Origin: Candidatus Mycalebacterium zealandia
Lineage (GTDB): Bacteria > Desulfobacterota_D > UBA1144 > Nemesobacterales > Mycalebacteriaceae
Length of the DNA stretch: 64,000 bases
Assembly: GCA_014075295.1 (NCBI GenBank)
Contig: CP046180.1
Location: 954,458-1,018,457, forward strand
Direction of reading: 5' to 3'
Each line of letters starts with the position of its first letter. The first letter of the stretch is position 1. Shown here piece after piece: positions 28,554 through 38,109 of this stretch. The notes under the pieces were generated by a model. The model did not search any database and was not told the origin of the DNA. It saw only the letters and a list, made by a program, of their open reading frames with translations. Both the position numbers and the translations under genes were made by a program.

Positions 28554-29597
28554 TCAAACCTCGTCTATGGTTTCTATAACGGTTTCCACCACCCACTTTT
28601 CGATGGATTTTTGCGAAATGCCACCGAGCAGTTTTTTGAACTCTCTCACGGGAACAACCACTTTTGCCGCAGAACTGTGTCCACCGCCTCCGCCCTGCTT
28701 CATCTGTTCGCGAAGAACTTTGCCGTTTTTGCCGTTTTCGGACCCGAACATATGGAAAAGGTGCCGCGCCACCCTGCCCGCGCTCTTAACATAGCCAACA
28801 TTGCGCAACGAAAGCAGAAAGTAGGAATCCCGCAAAATCCCGAACGAAGCGACCCATTCGGTGTCTTTTACCTGCATACAGAAATCAGCCATTTTTGGAA
28901 TCATGTATTCATGATTCACCTTGCCCAGATTAACAAAAAGCACACCGTCTTTAACCCGGTGACGCGCAAGCGATTTGCCGAACACCTTAAGTTGGTCGGA
29001 GGGAATTTCCGCCTTTTCTATTTTCCTCAAAAGTCCGAGGTTGGCTTTTTGATAGAGAAAGGTGAACGCTTCAATGTCGTCATCACCGGCATCGCGGGCG
29101 AGGGAAAATGTGTCGGTCTTTATCCCGTAGAGCAGAGCGGTCGCGAGCCGTTCGGAAATTTCCATCCCTGAAGCGCGCAACAATCCCGTCATTATTGTTG
29201 AGGTAGCTCCCTCATCGGCGCTTATCCTCACAAAACTGGCTTTGTAGTTTTCCACTTCGGGATGGTGGTCAATAACGGAATCCACCTTTGGAAGAATATC
29301 GCCGAAAAAAGACGGCTGAACATCAACCATGGCTACCGAATCAAAGTTTTTCGCCTGCCGCAGGGTGACGGAAACAACATCAATTTCAAGCATATCCATC
29401 ATCGCAACATTTTCCGGGCGCGAAACGGTTGTGCCAAAATGCCCGATTGTCGCCGTCTGGCGATTCCTTCCCAGCAGAGTTCTCAAGGCAAGCGCACTTG
29501 CCATCGCGTCCGGGTCGGGATGGTCGTGAAGGAGAATCAGAATTTTATCCGCGCCTTCGTGAACCTTCTTCAATTTTGCTACACCAGATTTACTCAT
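28554..29597 (-). CDS. nrnA: DHH-family phosphoesterase (NrnA-like oligoribonuclease/pAp phosphatase)
   Basis: DHH motif (ILILLHDHPDPDAMAS) and a DHHA1 GGGH motif (QGGGGGHSSAAK). Start set to ATG 29597, which overlaps the trpA stop (ATGA). Confidence 0.8.
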   Translation of the reverse strand: MSKSGVAKLKKVHEGADKILILLHDHPDPDAMASALALRTLLGRNRQTATIGHFGTTVSRPENVAMMDMLEIDVVSVTLRQAKNFDSVAMVDVQPSFFGDILPKVDSVIDHHPEVENYKASFVRISADEGATSTIMTGLLRASGMEISERLATALLYGIKTDTFSLARDAGDDDIEAFTFLYQKANLGLLRKIEKAEIPSDQLKVFGKSLARHRVKDGVLFVNLGKVNHEYMIPKMADFCMQVKDTEWVASFGILRDSYFLLSLRNVGYVKSAGRVARHLFHMFGSENGKNGKVLREQMKQGGGGGHSSAAKVVVPVREFKKLLGGISQKSIEKWVVETVIETIDEV

Positions 29598-30409
29598 GAC
29601 CTCTGACCGCTTCGGCACGCTTTTGAAAGATCGGAAACAAAATCCGCAATTTTATCAAGCATGGCGGCGTCCGCCGAAAACTCTTCCACCATGCGCATTA
29701 TAGAGCTTCCCACAACCACCGCATCCGCAAAAGACGCGACTCTGCCCGCCTGCTCCGGGGTTGAAATTCCGAACCCGACACCGACCGGAAGACCGGTTTT
29801 GTTTCTTATTTTTTCAACAAGCCCTTTCACGTTCCCGTAGTCCATTTCAGGACGCTCTCCCGTAACGCCCGTGATTGAGACAAGATATATGAACCCTCCG
29901 GCAAGACGCGCGACCGCCTCTATGCGCTTGTCGGTTGTGTTGGGAGACAGCAGAAAAATCTCGTCCAGCCCTTTCTCTTTCAGGGAGGAGTTGAACTCCG
30001 CCGCCTCTTCGGGCGGCAGGTCAACGGTTAGAATGCCGTCCGCTCCGGCGGCTTTGGCATCCGCTGTGAGACGCTCAATACCGTAACGGTAAAACGGGTT
30101 GTAATAACCGAAAAGAAGAATAGGAATATCAGAGCGGTCCCTGATTTTCCGCACGGTTTTCAAGATCTTTTCAAGAGTCGCGCCTGACTCAAGAGCCCTT
30201 TCGCAAGCCCTTTGAATAACGGGCCCGTCCGCCATGGGGTCTGAAAACGGAATGCCTATCTCAAGTATGTCCGCGCCGCTTGAAGCTATTCGCACGGCGA
30301 TTTCCTCAGTCAGTTGAAGAGATGGGTCTCCCGCGGTGAGATAGCACACAAGAGCCGCATCGCCGCGCTCTTTCAGTTCGGAAAATTTTTGATTGATTGC
30401 CTTAGGCAT
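29594..30409 (-). CDS. trpA: tryptophan synthase alpha chain
   Basis: Canonical TrpA sequence (ALVCYLTAGDP, GADILEIGIPFSDPMADGPVIQ). Confidence 0.9.
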   Translation of the reverse strand: MPKAINQKFSELKERGDAALVCYLTAGDPSLQLTEEIAVRIASSGADILEIGIPFSDPMADGPVIQRACERALESGATLEKILKTVRKIRDRSDIPILLFGYYNPFYRYGIERLTADAKAAGADGILTVDLPPEEAAEFNSSLKEKGLDEIFLLSPNTTDKRIEAVARLAGGFIYLVSITGVTGERPEMDYGNVKGLVEKIRNKTGLPVGVGFGISTPEQAGRVASFADAVVVGSSIMRMVEEFSADAAMLDKIADFVSDLSKACRSGQRS

Positions 30410-30533
30410 TGTGAAAAAAGGAATTTGCGTCTTTGAAGGAAAAGACGCCCGCCCGCCTCATTTTGGAAATGGAAATTATAACAGCAAAAAGTAAGCGGTC
30501 AATTAAACGGAAAAGTTGCCGGCGGCGGACGGT

Positions 30534-31034
30534 CTAATAATCCCCAAACGCGTAGTATTTGGTAAGGACGAAATTCAAGAAAAAACCTATGCAAATTGAA
30601 AAGCCGTTCGCAAGAAATATACCGTCAAAAGGAAGAATCGGCAGACTCTGTATTTCGCCGAAATGAAAACCGTCAACCAGAAGCCAGAGAATCAGCAAAC
30701 TTACAACAAGCGCCGCCACGCCCGACAAAAATTTACGCCACGAAGCCATGGCAAGCGAGCGCCCTCTGATTCTGAAAACAAAATTCATGCAGATAAGAAA
30801 ATTAACAGTCGTCCCGATTGAGAAAGAAATGGTTTTCGCCACAAACCATTCCGTCACCACAAACTGCGCTCCGCCCGGTAGGAAAACGGTAATTGAGCCA
30901 AACACGAGAATCTGTCTGACAATCTCAAAAACCATCAAATCAATCGTTGCCGAAACCACACCCACAAGCGCGTATTTCAAAAAATGGCGCGCCCACTGAG
31001 GTAACCGGCTCTCAATTTTCGTAACTTCTTCCAT
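30534..31034 (-). CDS. GtrA-family membrane protein
   Basis: 166 aa with four TM helices and the typical GtrA N-terminus (FLKYALVGVVSATIDLMVFEI); inserted between trpB and trpA. Confidence 0.7.
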   Translation of the reverse strand: MEEVTKIESRLPQWARHFLKYALVGVVSATIDLMVFEIVRQILVFGSITVFLPGGAQFVVTEWFVAKTISFSIGTTVNFLICMNFVFRIRGRSLAMASWRKFLSGVAALVVSLLILWLLVDGFHFGEIQSLPILPFDGIFLANGFSICIGFFLNFVLTKYYAFGDY

Positions 31035-31040
31035 CTCTTC

Positions 31041-32228
31041 CTATCCATCCGCCCTCTGGGCGACCACGTCTATATCTTTGTCCCCCCTGCCCGAAAGGCA
31101 AACCACAACAGTCGCGCTTGCGGGCATGTCCGTAGCAACCTTCATTACATAAGAAACTGCGTGAGCGCTCTCAAGAGCGGGAATTATACCTTCGGTTTCA
31201 GAGAGAAAATAGAACGCTTCAAGCGCATCATCATCTGACACCGAAACGTATTCGGCAAGACCCGCATCGTGGAAAAACGAGTGCTCGGGACCCACGCCCG
31301 GATAGTCAAGACCGGCGGCAATAGAGTGCGCCTTCTCTATCTGCCCGTCATCGTCTTGAAGAACAAATGTTCTGCTACCGTGCAAAACCCCTTGAGAGCC
31401 CCGCGTGATTGTCGCTGAATTGTTGCCCGGCTCAAGTCCGCCGCCACCCGCCTCAACACCGACTTTCACCACTTCCGAATCTTCAATAAACGGATAAAAC
31501 AAACCCGCCGCGTTTGAGCCGCCGCCAACACACGCAACAAGCAGATTCGGTTTTCCAACTCCGGCGGATGTGAATTGCTTTTTCACTTCGGTACCGATGA
31601 CGGATTGAAAATCCCTGACCATTGTGGGATACGGATGCGGTCCCGCTACGCTACCGATAACATAAAAAGTGTCCGCAACGTTTGTTACCCAGTCTCTCAT
31701 CGCTTCGTTCAGAGCGTCTTTGAGAGTCGCGCTTCCGGTATCAACGGGATGAATTGTCGCACCGAGAGCACGCATCCGCAAAAGGTTCATTTTCTGCCGT
31801 TCGGTGTCTTTTCGCCCCATGTAAACTTCGCATTTTTTCCCTGAAAGAGCGGCGACCGTGGCGGTGGCAACTCCATGCTGCCCCGCTCCGGTTTCTGCGA
31901 TAATGCGGTTTTTGCCCATTCTGTCGGCAAGCATAATCTGCCCGATTGTGTTGTTTATCTTGTGCGCTCCGGTGTGCGCCAAATCTTCGCGTTTAAGATA
32001 GATTTGCGCGCCGCCGAGTTTTTTTGTCATTCTTTCGGCAAAATAAAGAGGCGTGGGTCTGCCCGCAAAATCCGCAAGACATTTGCCAACCGCGTTTGTG
32101 AAATCGGGGTCGGATATGGCTTTTTTATAAGCCTCTTCCAGTTCAAGAAGCGGGGGCATCAGGGTTTCCGAAACAAAACGCCCCCCAAAATCTCCGAAAA
32201 AACCTTCCTTATTCATTGTTGTCGGCAA
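31041..32228 (-). CDS. trpB: tryptophan synthase beta chain
   Basis: PLP-lysine region (HTGAHKINN) and the GGGSNAAG motif. Confidence 0.95.
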   Translation of the reverse strand: MPTTMNKEGFFGDFGGRFVSETLMPPLLELEEAYKKAISDPDFTNAVGKCLADFAGRPTPLYFAERMTKKLGGAQIYLKREDLAHTGAHKINNTIGQIMLADRMGKNRIIAETGAGQHGVATATVAALSGKKCEVYMGRKDTERQKMNLLRMRALGATIHPVDTGSATLKDALNEAMRDWVTNVADTFYVIGSVAGPHPYPTMVRDFQSVIGTEVKKQFTSAGVGKPNLLVACVGGGSNAAGLFYPFIEDSEVVKVGVEAGGGGLEPGNNSATITRGSQGVLHGSRTFVLQDDDGQIEKAHSIAAGLDYPGVGPEHSFFHDAGLAEYVSVSDDDALEAFYFLSETEGIIPALESAHAVSYVMKVATDMPASATVVVCLSGRGDKDIDVVAQRADG

Positions 32229-32835
32229 TTTGTACTTCTTCCATAAACTTTTTCAGTTTGCCCAAATCTTTCACGCCCGGGGTTTTTTCAACCCCGGAAC
32301 AAACATCAACCGCGTAGGGCTTTGCCGCTCCAATGGACTCGGCGACATTGCCGGAATTAAGCCCGCCTGAAAGAAACAGTTTTTTGCCCTTCAAGTCAAT
32401 CCCGCTCAATAAATCCCAGTTAAAGGTTCTGCCGGTTCCACCGAACTGCCTGTCGGCAAAAGTGTCAAGCAACACAAAATTTGAGTCGTAATCGTCTATC
32501 TCCTTCAAACTGTCTCTGTCTTTGACTCTAACCGCTTTCATATAGACGCCGGGGATTTGGCTGCAGAACTGCGGCGTTTCATCGCCGTGAATTTGAGCCA
32601 GATCAAGCCCGACCGATTTCATAACACCGCCGATAAAATCAACTTCCTGATTTACAAAAACCCCGGCCTTCACAACATCTGACGGCAGAAGAGACGCTAT
32701 ACGCGCCGCCGATTCGGGTTCAATATGCCTTCTGCTACCCGGATAAAAGATGAAACCCACAGCCGCCGCGCCCATATCCGCCGCCATAATGGCGTCATCG
32801 GCGTTAGTTATTCCGCAAACCTTAACTCTTGTCAT
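32209..32835 (-). CDS. trpF: phosphoribosylanthranilate isomerase
   Basis: [11 protein letters not shown]-terminus; 208-aa TIM-barrel PRAI. Confidence 0.85.
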   Translation of the reverse strand: MTRVKVCGITNADDAIMAADMGAAAVGFIFYPGSRRHIEPESAARIASLLPSDVVKAGVFVNQEVDFIGGVMKSVGLDLAQIHGDETPQFCSQIPGVYMKAVRVKDRDSLKEIDDYDSNFVLLDTFADRQFGGTGRTFNWDLLSGIDLKGKKLFLSGGLNSGNVAESIGAAKPYAVDVCSGVEKTPGVKDLGKLKKFMEEVQIADNNE

Positions 32836-32930
32836 CGGAAAACCACTATAACAGGCGCAAACGGGTTTTGGAATTACCGTTCAGGCGTTACCGGACTCAC
32901 TGAAAAACAGGACGAACGGACGGCGGACCG

Positions 32931-34223
32931 TTATCTTTTTCTGGCGGACATCGGAACAAAATTCCTTTTGTTCTTTCCCGTATACACCTGACGCGGACGC
33001 GCTATTTTAGTCTCCGGATTCGTTATCATCTCTTCCCACTGAGCCAGCCACCCGGTGGTTCGCGCGATGGCAAAAAGAACAGTAAACATGCTCACCGGAA
33101 GTCCGAGACTCTGGTATATAAGACCGGAGTAGAAATCCACGTTGGGGTAGAGTTGCCTCTTTACGAAGTAGTCGTCTTCAAGAGCGATTCTCTCAAGCTC
33201 AAGCGCGATTTCAAGAAGCGGATTTTTGCCGACTTTAGAGAAAACCTTGTGCGCTATGTCCTTGATTATCGCGGCGCGCGGGTCGTATGCTTTATAAACT
33301 CTGTGCCCAAATCCCATAAGGCGGAATTCACCGTTTTTCGCCCTCTTTATGTAGTCCGGTATCCGCTTTTTATCACCTATCTCCGCAAGCATTTTCAGCA
33401 CCGCTTCGTTTGCCCCTCCGTGCAGAGGCCCGTAAAGCGCGCTCACTGCGGCGGCGGTCGCGGAATAAGGGTCGGGCAAACTGCTTCCCGCGTCTCTCAT
33501 AACACTTGTGCTACAGTTCTGCTCATGGTCAGCGTGAAGTATGAAAAGCACATCCATCGCTTTTTCAACAACGGGGTCCGGCTTGTATTTTCTCGTTCCC
33601 ACTCTGAACATCATATTAAGGAAATTCCCCGTATAACTCAGGTCGTTGTCGGGATAGTTATACGGAAGCCCTATCGCGTGCCGATACGAAAACGCCGCGA
33701 TTGTCGGCATTTTTGCGATAAGCCGATGAATTTGAATCATGCGATTGTCGCGGTCTTCCACGTCCTTGGCTTCGGGATAGAAGGTTGAAAGCGCGCCCAC
33801 GGTGCTCATCATCATCCCCATCGGGTGAGCGTCATAGCGGTAACCGTCCATGAATTTCTTGATGTTTTCGTGCAGAAAAGTGTGGTGAGTGATGTTATAA
33901 CCCCATTCGTCATACTGTTTTTTATTGGGTAACTCGCCATGAATCAACAAATAGGCAACCTCGAGAAAATTGCTTTTTTTCGCGAGTTGCTCAATGGGAT
34001 ATCCCCTGTATCTGAGAATCCCTTTTTCGCCGTCTATGAAGGTTACTGAGCTCTGGCAAGATGCCGTGTTTGTGAAAGCGGGGTCGTAACTCATCATTCC
34101 GAAATCGGTCTTTTTGACCTTAATCTGCCTTAAATCGGCGGCTTTGATGGTACTGTTGTCAACGGGAATTTCATATTTGCTCCCCGTTCTGTTATCCGTG
34201 ATTGTAAGAGTGTTCTTAGGCAT
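32931..34223 (-). CDS. gltA: citrate synthase
   Basis: GFGHRVYK active-site motif. Trimmed to ATG 34223 (MPKNTLTITDN), which follows an AAGGAGGG ribosome-binding site. The track's longer version starts at an upstream TTG. Confidence 0.9.
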   Translation of the reverse strand: MPKNTLTITDNRTGSKYEIPVDNSTIKAADLRQIKVKKTDFGMMSYDPAFTNTASCQSSVTFIDGEKGILRYRGYPIEQLAKKSNFLEVAYLLIHGELPNKKQYDEWGYNITHHTFLHENIKKFMDGYRYDAHPMGMMMSTVGALSTFYPEAKDVEDRDNRMIQIHRLIAKMPTIAAFSYRHAIGLPYNYPDNDLSYTGNFLNMMFRVGTRKYKPDPVVEKAMDVLFILHADHEQNCSTSVMRDAGSSLPDPYSATAAAVSALYGPLHGGANEAVLKMLAEIGDKKRIPDYIKRAKNGEFRLMGFGHRVYKAYDPRAAIIKDIAHKVFSKVGKNPLLEIALELERIALEDDYFVKRQLYPNVDFYSGLIYQSLGLPVSMFTVLFAIARTTGWLAQWEEMITNPETKIARPRQVYTGKNKRNFVPMSARKR

Positions 34224-34351
34224 TTGTTTATCCCTCCTTTTCAACTACGACAACCGGACTGAAGCACCCTGAAAATAGAGAATTCGGTTGCTTAAAACTG
34301 TGATTGGCAGTTTACACGCAACAGCGCGCTTTATCAAACATCCCGGGCGGT

Positions 34352-36655
34352 CTAATCAAACTCCACAAGGGCGGAATCAATGCTTTCAAGACTGTTCGCA
34401 AGCAGTCTTTCGATGTCCGCTTCGCTTTTCGCGCGCATAAGTTTTCTCCTCAAACCTGCAAGAAATTCGGCGTCCGTGTGGTTTGCAATAAATCTGACAA
34501 TCGGAATCCTGTATGGCGAAACGCTCAAGTTTTTGTATCCGAGCGCGGAAATCAGAAGAGCGCCCTTCGGAGAACCCGCTATTTCACCGCAAATCGAGAC
34601 CTCAATCCTGTTTCTGTCCGAGCTTTTTCGTATTGTGTCAAGCACGCGCAAAACCGCCGGATGAAAAGAGGTGTAAAGATGCCCTACCGCACTTGAGTTC
34701 CTGTCAACCGCGAGCAAATACTGAACAAGATCGTTCGTGCCAACAGAAATGAAATCAACAATTTCAGCGTATTCATTAAGAAGCGGAACAAGCGCGGGCA
34801 CCTCAAGCATAACACCGAGCGGCGGAATCTTGTCCGGCGCAAGCCCCGCTTCGGACGCGGTGTCGTCCATAATCTGTTTCGCGGTCTCAACCTCCCAGAT
34901 GTTTGAAACCATCGGAAGCAAAATCCTCAGGCGCGCGCCGCCCACAGCGGCAAGCATTATGGATTTTATCTGCTCCCTGAACAGGTCAAGATATTCCATT
35001 GAGAACCGAATCGCCCTCAAACCGAGAAGAGGATTCTCCTCTTCGGGAATATTGAAATACGGAAGCACCTTGTCCGCGCCGATGTCAAGCGTTCTGACTG
35101 TTACGCTTCCGCCGAATTTGCGCGATATGTCACCGTAGATTTTTGTCTGCTCATCAACGCCGGGCGGTTTTTCAAAGCTCGCGAACGCAAACTCCGTTCT
35201 GAAAAGCCCCACATCGGAAACTCCGTGTCGCACAGCGGTTTCAATATCGTCCGGAAAACCTATATTCGCCGTGAGAATCATTTCCCGCGCCACGTCCGTA
35301 ATCTTCTCATCGGACTCAAAAAGATGGCGGATTTCCTCAATTCTCCTGCCGCTACTTTCATACTCCTTCACAAGCATTTCATCGGGATTGACAAAAACAA
35401 AACCCGTTCTGCCGTCAACGATGACTTTGTCGCCGGAGTTAATGAGGTCGCAAACATTCTCTATCCCGATAACAACGGGTATGCCGAGCGATTTGGCAAT
35501 TATGACCGCATGCGAAGTTTCCCCGCCTCTTTCGGTTATAACGCCCGCTATTTTGTTTTTACCAAGCATTGAAACAAACGAGGGGCCTATCTCCCGCGCG
35601 ACCAGTATTGTGGAACTGTCGGAGCCCTCTAACGGCTCCGCTTCTTTTTTCTTGAACCTTACAAGTTCGTGAAGAAGTTTCTCGCCTATGTCTCTAAAAT
35701 CCTGCGCTTTTTCCCTCACATACCTGTCCGAGTGGTGCTCAAATCTCCCGGCAATTGACTCAATACCCTGAACAACGGCTGTTTCTGCGGAAACATCGCC
35801 CTTTTCAACGCGCGAAATAATCACACCCCGAACCGAATCCGAGCTTTCGCTTGAAAGAAGCATCAGATGGGCTTCAAAAATCTCAATCTCGCTCGCGGAA
35901 AGAACATCGTCTTTTTGCAAAACCCCTATGAGGTCTTTCATATCTTTTTCAACGCGCAAGAACGCTTCAAAAAGACGTTTTTTCTCCTCATCCGCGGACT
36001 GCGGAGGCGGAGAGAACATGCCCGCGCTTCCGAAAAGCCCGCTTATGAGAAAAGCGTTTCCGACCGCGACTCCGGAAGACACTCCTTTGCCCTGATAGGT
36101 TCTGGTTTTGTGCTCAATGATGGAAGGCGTATGAAGCCGGTCAAGGGTGTCCGCAACTTCAAGAAGTCCGGCCAGACGCGAAGCGATAATCTCAAAAAGC
36201 GTCTGCTCGGCGGGGGTAATGTGGCGCCGCTGGCTTGTCTGCCCCACCAAAACGCCGACACAGTGGTTTTTAAGAACAATGGGAACGCCGAGATAACATT
36301 CGTATTTTTCCTCTCCGGTGTTTTCAATCGGTTTGTATTTAGGATGGCTGGAAACATTCATGGTCACAAAAGGACGCATGGTTTTGAATATCATTCCCGC
36401 TATTCCCTCACCGCTTGAAATTGTTATTTCGGCGTCCGTTTCGCTGTCAAATCCTGTGTTGGCCCTCAGGCGTAAGGTGCTGTTGTCGCCGTCAATTATG
36501 TATACTGAAACGACTTCGAAATGAAGCGACTCACTTATTTTGTTGACAACTCCCTTGAGAATAGTGTTCAGGCCTGTGGATTTATTCACAAAATCGCTTA
36601 TTTCCTGAACTATTTTCAGATGGAGATGCTCTCTGTCCACGGTTGTTCGTGACAT
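34352..36655 (-). CDS. ptsP: phosphoenolpyruvate-protein phosphotransferase with N-terminal GAF domain (enzyme I-Ntr type)
   Basis: An N-terminal GAF domain followed by PEP-utilizing enzyme domains (phospho-His region and PEP-binding TIM barrel); 767 aa. Confidence 0.85.
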   Translation of the reverse strand: MSRTTVDREHLHLKIVQEISDFVNKSTGLNTILKGVVNKISESLHFEVVSVYIIDGDNSTLRLRANTGFDSETDAEITISSGEGIAGMIFKTMRPFVTMNVSSHPKYKPIENTGEEKYECYLGVPIVLKNHCVGVLVGQTSQRRHITPAEQTLFEIIASRLAGLLEVADTLDRLHTPSIIEHKTRTYQGKGVSSGVAVGNAFLISGLFGSAGMFSPPPQSADEEKKRLFEAFLRVEKDMKDLIGVLQKDDVLSASEIEIFEAHLMLLSSESSDSVRGVIISRVEKGDVSAETAVVQGIESIAGRFEHHSDRYVREKAQDFRDIGEKLLHELVRFKKKEAEPLEGSDSSTILVAREIGPSFVSMLGKNKIAGVITERGGETSHAVIIAKSLGIPVVIGIENVCDLINSGDKVIVDGRTGFVFVNPDEMLVKEYESSGRRIEEIRHLFESDEKITDVAREMILTANIGFPDDIETAVRHGVSDVGLFRTEFAFASFEKPPGVDEQTKIYGDISRKFGGSVTVRTLDIGADKVLPYFNIPEEENPLLGLRAIRFSMEYLDLFREQIKSIMLAAVGGARLRILLPMVSNIWEVETAKQIMDDTASEAGLAPDKIPPLGVMLEVPALVPLLNEYAEIVDFISVGTNDLVQYLLAVDRNSSAVGHLYTSFHPAVLRVLDTIRKSSDRNRIEVSICGEIAGSPKGALLISALGYKNLSVSPYRIPIVRFIANHTDAEFLAGLRRKLMRAKSEADIERLLANSLESIDSALVEFD

Positions 36656-36706
36656 GTCGCCTAATTATACCGACAAAAAGAGAGCTAACGGCCGGGCTGA
36701 ACTGAA

Positions 36707-38092
36707 ATGAGAAAAGAAAACCAAAAACTGCGTGTGGCGATTATAGGGTCCGGTCCGGCGGGTTTTTACACAGCGGACAGGATTTTTAAAAAAAGTCCCG
36801 TTCCGGTACAGATTGACATGTTTGATTTGCTGCCAACCCCTCACGGACTCGTGCGGCAGGGTGTTGCGCCTGACCACCAGAAAATCAAAAGTGTATCAAA
36901 GATGTTTGACAAAATTGCCTCAGAACCCGGTTTTCGTTTTTTTGGATTTGTGGAGTTTGGAAAAGACATAACTCTCAGCGATATAAGGAAAAATTATCAT
37001 CAAATAGTTTTCGCCACCGGAGCGCAAACGGACAAAAAAATTCAAATTCCCGGCGAAGATCTGGTCCGGAGCCACACGGCGACCGAGTTTGTCGCGTGGT
37101 ACAACGGTCACCCGCACTTTTCAAATCTTGATTTCGACTTGTCGGGCGAACGCGCCGTTATAATCGGGGTGGGTAATGTCGCAGTTGATGTGGCGAGGAT
37201 ATTGTGCCTCAGTCCGGCGGAGATGCTCAAAACTGACATCGCCGACTACGCGCTTGAAAAACTCTCATCAAGCGGCATCAAAGAAGTATTCATAATCGGG
37301 CGCAGGGGACCCGCGCAGGCGGCTTTCACAAACCCCGAACTGAAAGAGCTTGGCAACCTTGAAGAGGCGGACGCGCAGGCGCGCCCGGAAGATGTGCGAC
37401 TTGACACCGTAACGAGCAAGTTTCTTGAAAAAAATCCTGACGCGGCAACTGAGAAAAAACTTGAAATTCTCCGTGGGTTTTCACAACGGCGCTCAGGGAA
37501 AAAGAAAACCCTGCATTTCAGATTTCTGCTTTCCCCGTTGAGCATCGACCCCGGTACGGACGGCGGAGTGCAAAGTGTGACTTTCGCGAAAAACCGTCTT
37601 GTAAAAAAGGATGACGGAACCCTCGCCGCAAATGCCACCGGGGAAACCGAAACAATGGAAGTGGCGATTATTTTCCGCTCAATCGGTTACACGGGAGTCG
37701 CCCTGAAAGACGTTCCTTTTGACGAAAAATCGGGAGTTATTCCCAACGACGCGGGCAGAGTCCTGGATAAACCCGGCGGGAAGCAACTTGAAGGTCTCTA
37801 TACGACCGGCTGGATTAAAAGAGGCGCGACCGGAATTATCGGGACAAATAAAATGGACTCCACCGAAACGGTTGATTTGATGCTTGAGGATTTTGCCGAA
37901 GGGAAAACCCTGAGCCCCTCCGCGCCTCAGGATGCGGTTGACAAACTGCTTCAGAAAACAAAACCGGACTACGTAAGTTACCGAAAGTGGTCTTATATAG
38001 ACGGCAAGGAAAAGACAAAAGGCGAAAAAACGGGACGCCCGAGGGTTAAATACACAAGCATCGAAGACATCTTCAAAGCGTTGAAAAAATAA
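36707..38092 (+). CDS. fpr: ferredoxin--NADP+ reductase (adrenodoxin-reductase-like, FprA type)
   Basis: FAD-binding VAIIGSGPAGFYTA and NADP-binding AVIIGVGNVAVDVARIL motifs; 461 aa. Confidence 0.8.
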   Translation: MRKENQKLRVAIIGSGPAGFYTADRIFKKSPVPVQIDMFDLLPTPHGLVRQGVAPDHQKIKSVSKMFDKIASEPGFRFFGFVEFGKDITLSDIRKNYHQIVFATGAQTDKKIQIPGEDLVRSHTATEFVAWYNGHPHFSNLDFDLSGERAVIIGVGNVAVDVARILCLSPAEMLKTDIADYALEKLSSSGIKEVFIIGRRGPAQAAFTNPELKELGNLEEADAQARPEDVRLDTVTSKFLEKNPDAATEKKLEILRGFSQRRSGKKKTLHFRFLLSPLSIDPGTDGGVQSVTFAKNRLVKKDDGTLAANATGETETMEVAIIFRSIGYTGVALKDVPFDEKSGVIPNDAGRVLDKPGGKQLEGLYTTGWIKRGATGIIGTNKMDSTETVDLMLEDFAEGKTLSPSAPQDAVDKLLQKTKPDYVSYRKWSYIDGKEKTKGEKTGRPRVKYTSIEDIFKALKK

Positions 38093-38109
38093 ATCCCGCG
38101 TCCGGCACG

